This document shows, one piece after another, positions 16,101-27,122 of a DNA stretch of 64,000 bases. The notes beneath the pieces were generated by a model that saw nothing but the letters and a program-made list of their open reading frames with translations, was not told the origin of the DNA and made no database searches. The translations under genes were made by a program, and so were the position numbers. Position 1 is the first letter of the stretch. Each line of letters opens with the position of its first letter. The DNA is from Tubulanus polymorphus (Eukaryota; Animalia; Nemertea), in NCBI RefSeq assembly GCF_964204645.1, contig NC_134029.1:11930850-11994849 (forward strand). The letters run 5' to 3'.

Positions 16101-19100
16101 CCTATGGTGCTCAACCAATTTTAGTTCAGTCAAGCAATCAGTAAGTTAATTGAGCATTCCTTTCTGACCTGGTATTAGATACCTGCATCATGATTTCTCA
16201 ATATAATCATCATGACTCCTGGAATTCACTTCTTATGCCAGGATCTGTATTCAGGAATAAAAATCTTATACAAAAACGTGATTTCCTCCCTTGAAGGTAA
16301 ATCTTAATCATTTTTGAGATGTTAATCCGTTGAGAAAATTAGGGGGAAGGTGAGTGTTGTGGTTTTAGTGTTGGGGAAAAGTTGAAATCATAGCACACTT
16401 TTAATAACTGACCATAATAGTTTGTTATGAAACCAGTGCAACTACAAGTTAAACGATGTTGAAAAACCATACAAGTACATACTGGGCACTGGGTTATATA
16501 CACTGAATAAACATTCAGCATATAGTGTCCGTGTATAAGATCATTGACGGCGGGTTTACCTACACCTGGAAAGAAAGACATCTAGATTTTCCAATAAAAG
16601 AGAAGGTTCAATTCTCGTGAGAATTGATGGAGAGGAGAGCTCATGGAATTTCTTTCGGAAGGCGATACCGAACCATACAAGCATCCTGAAGCATTCTGTC
16701 TCAAATCGATTTTATATCTTCACTAATTTAGATTGTTTAATTATTATTGAATTCATTTCGGAGTTTATCCTTTTGTTAAACGGATTCCGATATCCAGGTA
16801 TGAAATGGGCCTATGCTAATTTACTTAACTGATTTTTGGAATTTCTATTTTACATGTTGATACAATCCTGTCAAGCATTTGCCATCGTAACATTACTGAA
16901 CTATTTTAGTAATTCACCTAAATGAAGATTTAACATAATGAGGACAGTAGTTAACCGTAGTTAACTGACATGAATCTACACTTGAGGTGTCTGCTACAGA
17001 GACTGCGTGTACGCACACGCTGAGTTCAGTTCATTCTGTTTCTGTTATGTATTATGGGTTCACATAAATACAGCAGTACATGACTGGACTTAAAATCTTG
17101 ATAAGTGACCCCACAATTGATGATGTTTTACTGGATTTATTTTTCTAACAATTCAAGGTTTTAACTAAACCTCATCTCCATAGAATTGAAAATGAAAATA
17201 AATGTATCTGCAAAGCATGCGATGATGATGATGGGTTTTCTGCCCTGTTGGTTTAAATGTACTATGAATTATAGATTTAATCGCAATTAGTCACATCAGT
17301 TCATGACATATGGTTATTTTTAAGGAATGCTACCTAGGAGGCCACACATGTATGTGCATCCATATCGGTCATTATGTACTAAGTATTGATGTATCAAGTT
17401 GTCACTAATCTGCCAGACGAGTGGATTTTTTTTCTTGAAAGCAAAGTGGGAGCGAGGATTTTCTTAATGAAAAATACATTTAACCAGTTATGCCTGTATG
17501 ACGTATATCTACACAAACTGCACTCGGATATTGTTACTCTCAATTGATTTTCTGTTCTATGCAGGGAATACCCTGTTCTAATAAGCGCTTAGAGACATTT
17601 CTTCATCCACTACTAGCCAATTATAAAAGAAATATGCCTTCAATGAAATGGACCTTATGGTCCCTTGTTTTGAGGTGCGGTTGACCTTTAAGTTATTACT
17701 GGTTATGTATCGAATGTGGAACTGGGCCTTGGTATATAGCAGACTTTTTTATGCAGATAATAACGAAGCTCAATTTCTTTTAGATCCAGATACACATCAG
17801 TAGCTATTGATTGGCAAGTTCGCGCTGTAAATGGAAAATATTATGATATGTTATTCGTAGGGACAGGTATGTTTCTTATTGTCCATTTGACTAAAAAAGA
17901 AAACATGTGTACATGTGTCATAACCAGAATTCAACACATTAGAATTCACTTCTTGATTTCTACATGCAGTCTTGTAAACATGTATCCTTTTCATTTTGAT
18001 CGTGGATGTCATTAGCATAGTGTAAATCATTTCGTGAAAAAATGCATCATCACCTTTTCTAATGCTTTATAGACAACGGTCGTGTGGTAAAAGCTTTCAA
18101 CAAAGCAATTGGAGACAAAATTGAAACTGTTGTTATTGAAGAAATTCAAGTATTTCATGAATCAGCACCAGTTTTAAAAGTGGAAATATATCGAAATTTA
18201 TTCCGAGGGGAAGAGAAGTTGATTGTTGTATCAGCGGATGAAATTAAATCTGTTCCGTTACATCGATGTCATTTGCGCAAATATTCTTGCAGGTTTGTAC
18301 TATTAATTTAATGTTCTGCATTTTGAGTTGTTCAACATAGAATAGAGAGGCTTTGTTGGACTAAGTACAGTAGACTTCTCCACGAGGCAAGTGACTTCCG
18401 GGCGGTTGGAATATGGATGAATTGTCATCACATGAATTGGAGAAAATACATGTATTTCCCCTAAGCACATCTGCTGCCCAAAAACTTGCCTGTTCAGATT
18501 CGAGAGTTGTTCGCTGAAATCAGCACTTTCTTCACATATTTGAGGTTTTCAAGAGAAATTCTGAAGATGCTTCAATCAATGGGATACTGGCACCCATTAG
18601 ATGGCGCAACAAACGCTAGGTTATTCTTGGTGAAAATCAGTTCCTTTGCAATGAAATTTGAACCAAATTTTTGGCTGCTAAATCCAAAAATTATCTAATA
18701 AGTCATTGATTATATAGATGATTCCCTTTGTCACTTGTATGGCATTAGCATACTTTATGGGAACCCTATATTTGTACAACAGGACATACAGGACCAGTGG
18801 TCAGTTTGGAAATGAATTACTTAAATGTTGATATGATTTTCTAGGGCGTGTGTTGGTCTTCAGGATCCATATTGTGCATGGGATGATAGCAACTGTATTA
18901 ATTCAAATCATGGGTGAGATATTAAACTTCGCTTTATCATACCAACAGTATTTGTTGTACATTTAGTTGACTTTTGAATAACGCATAATTTCATTTGTTC
19001 AGGTTACAAAGTTTAGAGTCGGGGCACCATGAACTATGTCCAGACAATAATGCTATTACAGATGTCTTGACTGATGAAAACAATAATATATTTTGTAAGT

Positions 19101-22100
19101 ATTTGGTTGCTGGCAAGTAATTTGATATTCTATCTTCCTCCAAATCTTTTAATTAATAATAATAATTGATAGTAGACTGGCAAAATGACTTTCGCTTCTC
19201 AGTAATTTAGAACACTTTCATATTTATGTTCAATTATGATGTATTGTAGTATCTTCTGGCAACAGTCAATGTTTAACTATCAATAGAATTAATGAGCTTA
19301 ATGTTATATGAATCAAAAATTCTAGGGTGCAGCCTTGGTCAAAATTCTAGTGTGCATCACAATACAAATTTATTATTTGGTTAACATAAAGATATGTCAG
19401 GGCATTTTCAACAAATGATTTTAACCCTCTTGTTACAAGATTGATTTTCAAAAATGTACCTCATAAACCTGGATTAATTACTAGTAATATCAGTATGAAT
19501 ACAATTTTCCAAATGGCCACAGCTCCATAGATATAAGAGATATAGCTTTTTTGTAAGTGAATGTATAAGAAATTATGATAACCTGATGTAAACATTTCAG
19601 TTGTGATGGGCCCACTCGGGGATGATTATTGATTTCTGACTCGCTTTCACTTCATGGTTTGAACTTCAAATCAGCATTTACATTATTATGACTGCATCAC
19701 TTCTAAGCATTCTTCTTCCAAAATTCTTTGAATTGCAACTTACAGTCGATCCCGCTTTATTCGGAGCCAATGTTTGCGTATTTCATAGATGTCTAGAAGT
19801 CCGGACTTTTCCAGTTAAAACCTTGACTAAAATGATCACATTTTTGCCTACTCCGTACTAGATTTTTTGCCCCATTCCTTAGATAATGCTGCTAACATAG
19901 TCAGTTTTTCTGAGTGGGAGTTAACTGTATTATGTACAGTTCAGTACTGAAGTAGTTATTACAGGGATGAGAATCCCCCGCGGATCCGCGGTTTCCCGCG
20001 GATTTCGGTATTGAAAAATATCAATTTTCCAAATAGTCCAAAGATGATGTAAAATTATAGGGGGGGGGGGGGGGTGTGATGATCTCATTCAATTGGTCTG
20101 GCGCGATCGGTAATCAGGTGAACTGTAAAGGCATTCAGTGCCTGTTTTACTTATCTTCGCGTAAAAGTATCGCATTTCAATGAATATTCATTGCATCACT
20201 GATTTTGTATCTACTACGATGAGTGTGTATGTATTTTATCGATCGGTTGCAGACACGCGCGTGCGGCAACAGTAGTAATGTATATAGGCCTACTTACTGT
20301 TGCCACACGTGTGTGGCGAACGCCATCAGATATTATATACTGCTGGGTGATGATTTTTAGTGAGTGTTCATCGGCGGGTTTAAATGCAATAATTCAGGAC
20401 TCGACCCGTAATGCATGAGATGCTGAATGTCATCGAGTGAGGTTGTTCCACATTGGAACTAGCCATTACCTTCCAAATTATGATAGTCATTCATGGGTTC
20501 AAGATCGCTCTAAGTGCTCGGAAAACGCTTTTAATTTCTAAAATTTTCTATGCCGTCAGCTGGTTCGCGTGTGCAACTCAACAAAAGATAAACCCGCGGA
20601 TTTAGGTCGGCGTCCTCAACTCTGTTATTAACTCTTTGCCTGCCAGGCCTATTTTTCAGGTTATGCTGCGCTTTGCCAGGATTTCCGTGTTATTCAGAGA
20701 TTCATAAAACAAAAACCAGAAGAGATATCTTTATCAAATTTGTTTTATTTTTTTCATCTGGTCTTGCTTTTCCATGTAAAATAAGCGGCATTTCTTCTAA
20801 GAGTGATAAAATCTGCAGCAATCACCAGTGCAGAGGGGGTATTTTGCAGAAAATATGCCCATTCATGCGTGTTCAGCCCCCATTTCAATAGATGCTGCAC
20901 TAACACACTGTATAGAACGACTGATGATAGTTTGTTTTAGTAGTAAAGGGCATTAAATTAACTGGTGTTGTGTGATGAATTTGCCATCTATCGTTAAAGT
21001 TAAGACACAAGTCAACCGTACCAGTACAGTTTTGGCAAGCAAGTGATGGGAGATATCGAACGTACCAGTACGTTTTTGGCAGGCAATGAGTTAAGCGTGG
21101 AATATGATTCTGCACCGAAAAACCCATGGAAAGAACACATAGAAAGATTCTTTCTAGTAAGAAAATTGTTACAGATTTTTATTCAACTGAGAATACTGAA
21201 GAAATTTGATAAGTTATGATAAACTAAACCGATCTTTATGGCAAATTGCATCGCTTTCTTAATCTTTCAGAATTAAACTTGTCAACTCAATGATACTCAC
21301 AATATGTACAGAGTTGCCACTTCTCCGGATTTCTCCGGAATTCCGGATTTAAAAAAAATCCAATTTCATTTCCGGATTTTCGGGAGAAGTCAAATAACCA
21401 CAAAAGAAAACATCGCGAAAATAATAAAATCAATTCGGGATTCGTCCCTAAACATCAAAACGTAACGGCTCCATAGAGGGTTCGAAAAAGCCGTATTTTG
21501 CTGCCACGTAGTGGCAACAACCCCGCAGTACACGATTAAACCAAGATAACGCGACGATCGAAATCGACTGACGCTTCGTTTGTTTTTGGCTCTGGTTTAT
21601 ATATGAGGTGTATTTGACGGAACCAATTGCTATTTGAAAAAATGATCTATAGGCGGTAATGCAAGTGCGGCCTATAACGCGTATTGCGCCAGAACGCATC
21701 TCCTGGCGTTCTAATTTCAAAAATTTTTTTGGGGGAGGGCCCCCAGACCCCCCCCCACTTGTTTTCCGGATTTTTAGCTTCACATAAGTGGTAACTCTGT
21801 ATGTATGACCCTGCACAAGCGGCTATCTTCACTAAGATGGCGCACTAGTACAGTGTCAAGTTGTGAGACAAAAAGTTAGTTCTACTTAAATTACCCTAAT
21901 ACAGATTTTTGGAAATACTGATAAACTTAGACATGTGTTGAGCAAAAGATGAAATCGAGGTTGGCCGCTCTGCTTGTGCGAGATCGGTAGCAAGAAGGTT
22001 AAAAAAATGTTGAGGGAAAGCCCGAAATATGATGTGCTTTATTAGCCTAAGTTGACAATTAATTAACTTAAAATCAATTAGTACCAGTATAACAATATTT

Positions 22101-24183
22101 TACTCATTTTAGAGTTAAAAGCTTTAACATTTTTTATTTTGAATTGTTTTTCTCGGTGGAGGAAATTTTTCAAGATGACAATTGCTGATCTGGAAATTGA
22201 TAAGATTATAACGTAATAATTATAATGTTTAAAACACTATTGGAACATTAGTTATTGTCATGGTGTTAATGTTTTTATTCATACTTTGTGCTCAAAAAGC
22301 TTGTGAATTTTTCTTTTTGTTTGGTTCGTTTTTCGATGTTATTTCTTGATCTCTGCCTCCCCAGCTTCGACTACGACACGAGGACCATGTGAAGAATGCA
22401 GGCCATGCTCATGTGAAAAACCAGACAAAGACACTGAAGCTATTGATAACAAAATTGATACGTTCCCCGCTGGTTAGTGTAATATAATGTTCAAAATTGC
22501 TTCTTCATGATCTATGATCAGTTCACCGATAATTTTTCTTAAAAATCAAAAATCATTTTGAATAAATTGTATAAAGTTCTTCCATATTCTATTTCTAACG
22601 ACCATGAAATGACTCCGTTGTTTCATTGGCAACTCACTTATGCAAATACCACTACTTCTAACAAATACTTTAGTCCAAAGTGAATGAATGTATCACAAAA
22701 TAGTTATGTTCTTCAAGAACTAGTAATGATATCTATATCCACACTTTGGTATCGATCTATTGAAAGTGAAACAAGTTCAGGGTCATCTCAAAACTTTGGA
22801 TTAACATTTCGAAGTGTTGATTAACCATCATTCTAGTGCTATTAACAAGAGCTTCAGATTTATGCAAATAAAGCAGTCTAGTATCATAAGGCCCGTTCAC
22901 ACTACATTATTTAGACCTGTCTAATTTGGACCGGTTCCAATTTAGATCGGGCCAACCGTGCACACTCACAAAGAGTCTGTTCTAAATTGGTCCACTCCAT
23001 TTTAGACCAGTCTTATCTCAACTGACCTAAAAAACCTATCCAGGTCTTTTCAAAACCAAGTACTCATAAATCTATCATTCAGATATGAATTTCGGGGTAA
23101 AATTCTCATGGCAACATCTTGCGGGGCCAATCATAACTATCTGTAGCCAATTCGGCAACGTGTGTGTTGATACATTCTGATTTGGCTTGTTCAGGTAAGA
23201 AACCATTAGAATGGTCTATCTAGTGGTAATGTGAACGTGGTTATCGAATATTTTATTTTGATCAGCTAATTGAGAAAGATTGAAATACTCAGTGCAAGAA
23301 GAATTGATGCGAGACATATGACAAGAAGATTCTCCTTACTCTTTATAACTGCAATGAGGAGTCTTTCTTATAATCCTCTTTTATCAATCTGTATTATATG
23401 TTGCATGTAAGGGTAAATGTTTTAAGCATGTCATTTATCTCTGCTTTATCCCGACATTCTTTTCATTTCCAAGCATCATTTCCACTTTGGATAATTTCCT
23501 CTTTAGAACAGAATGATTGGTAGTCGTATAAAACTCACTTTGCATTCAGGATATTAGATATTCAATGCCATTCTTTGTGGCTTGTGAAATTCATTTTAAA
23601 CCACTTTGAACGTTTTAATGGTCATCTATAAGAGGAAATCAGCCACTCCTTTCATAATTCTGATGTCAGTTTTCTGTTTTGAGGAATTTTTTAGAGCATC
23701 ATTCATACATTAAAAAGTAATTACAGCATTTGATTTCATTGATTCTCAGATTAGACAAAATTTTGTGTTTTCCATTTGTAAAATCTTTATGTATTATGTA
23801 TTCTACTTACAGGTGGTAGGCTTGATTTTTCGAAAGAAGCCCCCAAACATTTTACATTAACGACATTTGCGATATCAGTGACATTAGCAGCCGTTGTGTC
23901 ATTAGTTACTGGAATTTTGGTTGGTTACTGTGCGTCTAGGTGTAGTTGTGACTGCTGTTCTCATCAACGCCGGGACAATGTGTATCAGGAGAAACCCTCA
24001 TCTGGGAAACCAGAACGTGATCTAGACCGCGAATTACCACGTATGAACCATTACGAAACGTACATGGCACCTACACAACAAAAACAATTGAATGTTGTGC
24101 TTAACGTGAAAAAACCTTCTGAAAAATCTTTGAATGAACTTGATACTTCGACATTAAACAAAACGAGAAAGGTCTATGTATAA
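1020..24183 (+). CDS. Sema1a: Transmembrane semaphorin, class 1 (Sema-1a-like), 5'-partial, 14 exons in window
   Basis: Exons 1020-1130, 4912-4996, 5384-5488, 7693-7781, 10676-10820, 13523-13613, 13772-13919, 16019-16140, 17784-17866, 18073-18292, 18845-18913, 19003-19094, 22365-22472, 23813-24183. All are AG/GT-bounded with matching phases. Sema motifs ECQNYIR, LFVCGTNAF, ARCPYDP, VYFFFRE, SRVARICK, CSIPGDLPFYFNEIQ, GSAVCAY; PSI motif CVGLQDPYCAWD; TM helix; no Ig domain; C-terminus RKVYV resembles the insect Sema-1a KKVYL end. Confidence 0.93.
2085..2983 (+). mobile_element. Non-autonomous Helentron-like (HINE/DINE-1-type) element
   Basis: 5' TTTTTAGGCCAGCC-ATA-GGCTGAGCCT (subterminal IR plus adjacent IR); 3' AGGCTGGCC followed by hairpin GCCCCTTGGGGC and TCTTGTT. 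A diverged partial copy of its 5' body lies at ~1715-1960. Confidence 0.6.
4912..4996 (+). CDS. Sema1a: Semaphorin exon (Sema domain)
   Basis: ttccag|GNYLFEREEAGIARCPYDPSHNNTAIHA|gtatgc. Confidence 0.93.
5384..5488 (+). CDS. Sema1a: Semaphorin exon (Sema domain)
   Basis: ttcaag|GGTLYSATYADYTSRDSLIYSGAIRTEQFNSMWLS|gtaagt. Confidence 0.93.
7693..7781 (+). CDS. Sema1a: Semaphorin exon (Sema domain)
   Basis: tttcag|EPQFVSSYEYQDKVYFFFRETAVEYKNCGK|gtaaga. Confidence 0.95.
8563..8705. repeat. Perfect 71-bp tandem duplication
   Basis: AGCAGTCCATATTATATTTTT...TGAATTTTATTCA occurs at 8563 and 8634. Confidence 0.95.
10676..10820 (+). CDS. Sema1a: Semaphorin exon (Sema domain)
   Basis: ttacag|AIYSRVARICKKDLGGGNRILQMAFTSFLKAQIHCSIPGDLPFYFNEI|gtaagt. 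Confidence 0.95.
12283..12685. mobile_element. MITE with 5-bp TSD
   Basis: TIRs CAGGTGTGGATTTA / TAGATCCGCCCCTG; flanked by CAAGT on both sides. Confidence 0.7.
13523..13613 (+). CDS. Sema1a: Semaphorin exon (Sema domain)
   Basis: tttcag|QATSGMGKGSIGGIEHTSTQDMIYGVFTTP|gtaagt. Confidence 0.92.
13772..13919 (+). CDS. Sema1a: Semaphorin exon (Sema domain)
   Basis: ttttag|DNSITGSAVCAYRMSDIIRVFRGTFKEQQTADSLWKPVDTRRIPNPHPEQ|gtaact. Confidence 0.93.
14250..15793. mobile_element. Non-autonomous TIR DNA transposon (~1.5 kb) with internal ~50-bp minisatellite
   Basis: TIRs GAGGTGCTGAAGGGACATGCCAGTTGC / GCAACTGGCACGTCCCTTCAGCACTTC; flanks TATT/CATT (possible 4-bp TSD with one mismatch); internal tandem units CCCCTCGATTCCAGCCACTTTATATAAG at ~14470-14820. 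Confidence 0.7.
16019..16140 (+). CDS. Sema1a: Semaphorin exon (Sema domain)
   Basis: ttctag|CVNDTTKIMDQTLIFMKTHVLMYDAVPAYGAQPILVQSSN|gtaagt. Confidence 0.93.
17784..17866 (+). CDS. Sema1a: Semaphorin exon (Sema domain)
   Basis: ttttag|QSRYTSVAIDWQVRAVNGKYYDMLFVGT|gtatgt. Confidence 0.92.
18073..18292 (+). CDS. Sema1a: Semaphorin exon (end of Sema domain / start of PSI)
   Basis: ttatag|DNGRVVKAFNK...VVIEEIQVF...KLIVVSADEIKSVPLHRCHLRKYSC|gtttgt. Confidence 0.94.
18845..18913 (+). CDS. Sema1a: Semaphorin exon (PSI domain)
   Basis: ttctag|RACVGLQDPYCAWDDSNCINSNHG|gtgaga. Confidence 0.94.
19003..19094 (+). CDS. Sema1a: Semaphorin exon (PSI end / stalk)
   Basis: gttcag|LQSLESGHHELCPDNNAITDVLTDENNNIF|gtaagt. 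Confidence 0.88.
19962..20624. mobile_element. MITE with CAG termini and 6-bp TSD
   Basis: CAGGGATGAGAA / TCCTCAACTCTG; TTATTA on both flanks; subterminal CCCGCGGATTT motifs at both ends. Confidence 0.55.
20632..21090. mobile_element. piggyBac-type MITE
   Basis: TTAA|CTCTTTGCCTGCCA ... TGGCAGGCAATGAG|TTAA (13/14 TIR match). Confidence 0.75.
21309..21799. mobile_element. MITE with CAGAGTT termini and 6-bp TSD
   Basis: TATGTA|CAGAGTTGCCACTT ... AAGTGGTAACTCTG|TATGTA; repeated TCCGGATTT subterminal motifs. Confidence 0.75.
22365..22472 (+). CDS. Sema1a: Semaphorin exon (Cys-containing stalk)
   Basis: Strong polypyrimidine tract ending ccccag|SSTTTRGPCEECRPCSCEKPDKDTEAIDNKIDTFPA|gttagt; phase 1-1, fits between neighbouring exons. 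Confidence 0.75.
23813..24183 (+). CDS. Sema1a: Semaphorin last exon (TM helix and cytoplasmic tail)
   Basis: ttacag|GGRLDFS...FAISVTLAAVVSLVTGILVGYCASRC...LNKTRKVYV*. Confidence 0.93.
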
Positions 24184-24783
24184 AGCTGTCTGTCTATGTG
24201 TGTACAAATAGAACCAGCTAAAAGCTGAAGATTATTTTTTTAAATTGACTCAAAATGAGTATCATAGATGGTGACGTTGTAAAGGCGAATTCTTCTCGGT
24301 TTTGTGTGTAGACCTCGTAATGCTGTATTGTGATTTTATGTCGCATGAAAATACGTAGCTGCGTAACATGGACTATATGTGACGATCTATTTGGACACAT
24401 GTGCTCAATGTGTCTTTTCACCTCAAAGGTGATCATTCATTTGGAATCTCTGAATAAGGCATCAGTTTTCATTACTTGCAATGAGACTGTTGTAATTTTT
24501 TTGTCCACTTCATTACTTTGTATGATAATGATTATGTCCATGGTTTATGTAGTTCCCAATCTTTTAAGAATTGGGTAACACTTGGTTTGAAATCTTTGTT
24601 GTTCATTCATCATTAATGTACTTGCTAGAAATTAAGTTGATCAAGCCTTTAATCCCCGCAACTTTTTTCAAAATGAATGAAATTTCAGAGATACGTATCA
24701 ACAAAGAATAATAGACATGCTAGTAATACCAATAAACATTTTCTAAAAGCACAGATTACAGAAAACATAAATTGACCTGTTAA

Positions 24784-25154
24784 CTCATTGCACCCTAAGC
24801 TCCCTGGCATTGTGAACACCAGACCAGCTAAAAATCAGCACATTTTGAACCCCATGAGATTTTTACTTGAAGATGCAGCCTGAACTTTTTCTTTCATCTT
24901 GCTAATCGCTACTACTGTTTCCTAGTTTTAATCATCAGAATCATCACCAATGCTGATTTATTTCTTCCTTGGACTTTATTTCATCTGGTTTTCGGAGTAT
25001 TTTCAATTTACTGTTATAGCCGTAAGTTTTGGCTCAAAGACCCAAAAATCTCTTTTTGAAGTAAATACTGGGTATTTTGTAATGAAGATGTGAACAATAA
25101 CCGAAGCATGTGGTGGCTGGCAAATGCCATCCGGATCTGTTTAGGTTCAAAGGG
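24784..25154. mobile_element. Degenerate piggyBac-type MITE
   Basis: TTAA|CTCATTGCACCCTAA ... TTAGGTTCAAAGGG|TTAA. Confidence 0.45.
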
Positions 25155-26873
25155 TTAATCATATCGTCAGCTATGGAATTTTCTCCATCACTAATGATAT
25201 CATTACAGAGATTTCTGTTAATCAGCCCTTCGTATTACCCACCTTATCGGGGGATTTTCAGATTCCTGTGATTTAGCAGCCATTTGGGATGATATTGCAA
25301 ACCAGTATCAGCTGCAGAATTGACACCAGACTCGAATAGCTGGGATCTGGTTCGGAGTCAAAATCATAAAATATAAGAATTGAACAAAATAGAATTGGTC
25401 ATTTCTATAGTTATTTAGGATTTTCTGCCACTTCGCAGAAAAGGCAGGAAAGTCGTTGGCCAGTCACCGCATCGGGTTCCAATGCCAAAAATGCAATATT
25501 TTGATTTTCTATAATTCACTTCATTTCGAATACTTATGATGTAGCTGTGGAGTGTAGTTATTGCTGCTTTGCAGTTTTATGTTTCTATAATACTTCCATT
25601 TATTTCAAAATGCTAAAATGCATGATGAGGCAACGCAGTTATATTTTCATTTAAAGGTTGACTTCGCACAAATCATTTAGTTTGTTTAGTTTCTAGTAGC
25701 TCTAGTATCTCTTGATGTTTTTAGTGGCCCTGGGTTATACCAATAATTGCAAATTTTCCCTGTGCCTAGGATGACAAATTCAAGGCTACTCAATGAATAA
25801 TGATTCCAAGTGTGCTGGGGCACAATCAAATGACATAGGCATTAGTGTTATAAAGAATGATGATGGACAAAGTAAAGCATCGCACACTCGTTTTTCAGCC
25901 TCATTGGGACTATACTCCTAGTGGGCTATTGCATTCATTTTTTCGTCTGTACATGTGTCCGTCCATCCGTCTGTCCTGCACACAAGCTTTATTGGGAAGT
26001 TTTAGATAAGCTCTAATGTATGGTCTTTATACCTATCTGATTTATGTATGTGTCTGCCTTAGCCGCATCTACAGCCTAAAGATTGACCCATCAGTAAAGC
26101 AGCACTTCTGCACATTTTTGAAGTTTTAATAGTAAATTTTGAATGCGCTTTGATCAATTGACTTGAGTTTTGGTATGTATATGTATCCCCCTAAGGCCTA
26201 GTATCACAAAAATTAGATCCATTGGGAACAAGATGGCGTCTTGTAACCTTTTTTGTTCAGGTAATTTTAAGTCTGAATTCATAGGCCTCTGGCTTCTACG
26301 TATTCTTCATATTATATTGGAATTTGAATTAACAATTATCAGAAAGGTTTTTGGAATGGTCGGTTTGTTGCTATTAGCAGCCATCTTAGTTTCATCAGTT
26401 CTTATTGTTTTAACTGAAAGTCTTCTTGATATTTGATATTTTCAATAGCGTTGCTTGTAAAAATCCTGCCGTTCACCGAGCAACACCTGTAGTATCTCTA
26501 CTGCCATGGATATAGTCCCATAATGCTGTATCATATAGAACTGATAATCGGATGAGAAATTGTCCGTAACACGTCATTTGCCTGTATCCAAAATCCTTGC
26601 TATGACTATCATAGCCTGTTGTACTTATGTTCCCAAAATTGTGATGAATTGTCGAAAGTTTTCAGGCGCATGAAGCGCTTACCTGTCAGTAAATTGTCTA
26701 TATCGGTTTTACCCGGCAATGTATTGTTATCCCCATCACTATCCTCACAGGCGCACTGATATATTCGCAAGTAGTTCATAGAAACTGTGCAGTTTGTGGT
26801 TTACACTGGAGAGGATCGATAGGTCGATAGGGTTGTTTCTGTGCAGGGTTTATCAGTCGCTAGCCCTAATCCT

Positions 26874-27122
26874 TGATTGTAAACATTGTCGATGAGTACA
26901 ATTGGTCAACAATCAGGATTGAAGACTTTGTCGACGAGTAAAATCGATCGACAACCAGGATTGTAGACATTGTCATCGAGTAAAGTTTGTCGACATTTAG
27001 GATTTTAGACATTGTCGACGAGTAAAATTGATCGTCGATCTGGATTGTAGACATTGTCGACAAGTAAAATCGGTCGATATTTAGGATTGTAGACATAGTC
27101 GACGAGTAAAATCAGTTGACGA
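26874..27122. repeat. 42-bp minisatellite, ~6 copies
   Basis: Unit ~GATTGTAGACATTGTCGACGAGTAAAATCGATCGACAACCAG. Confidence 0.9.
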
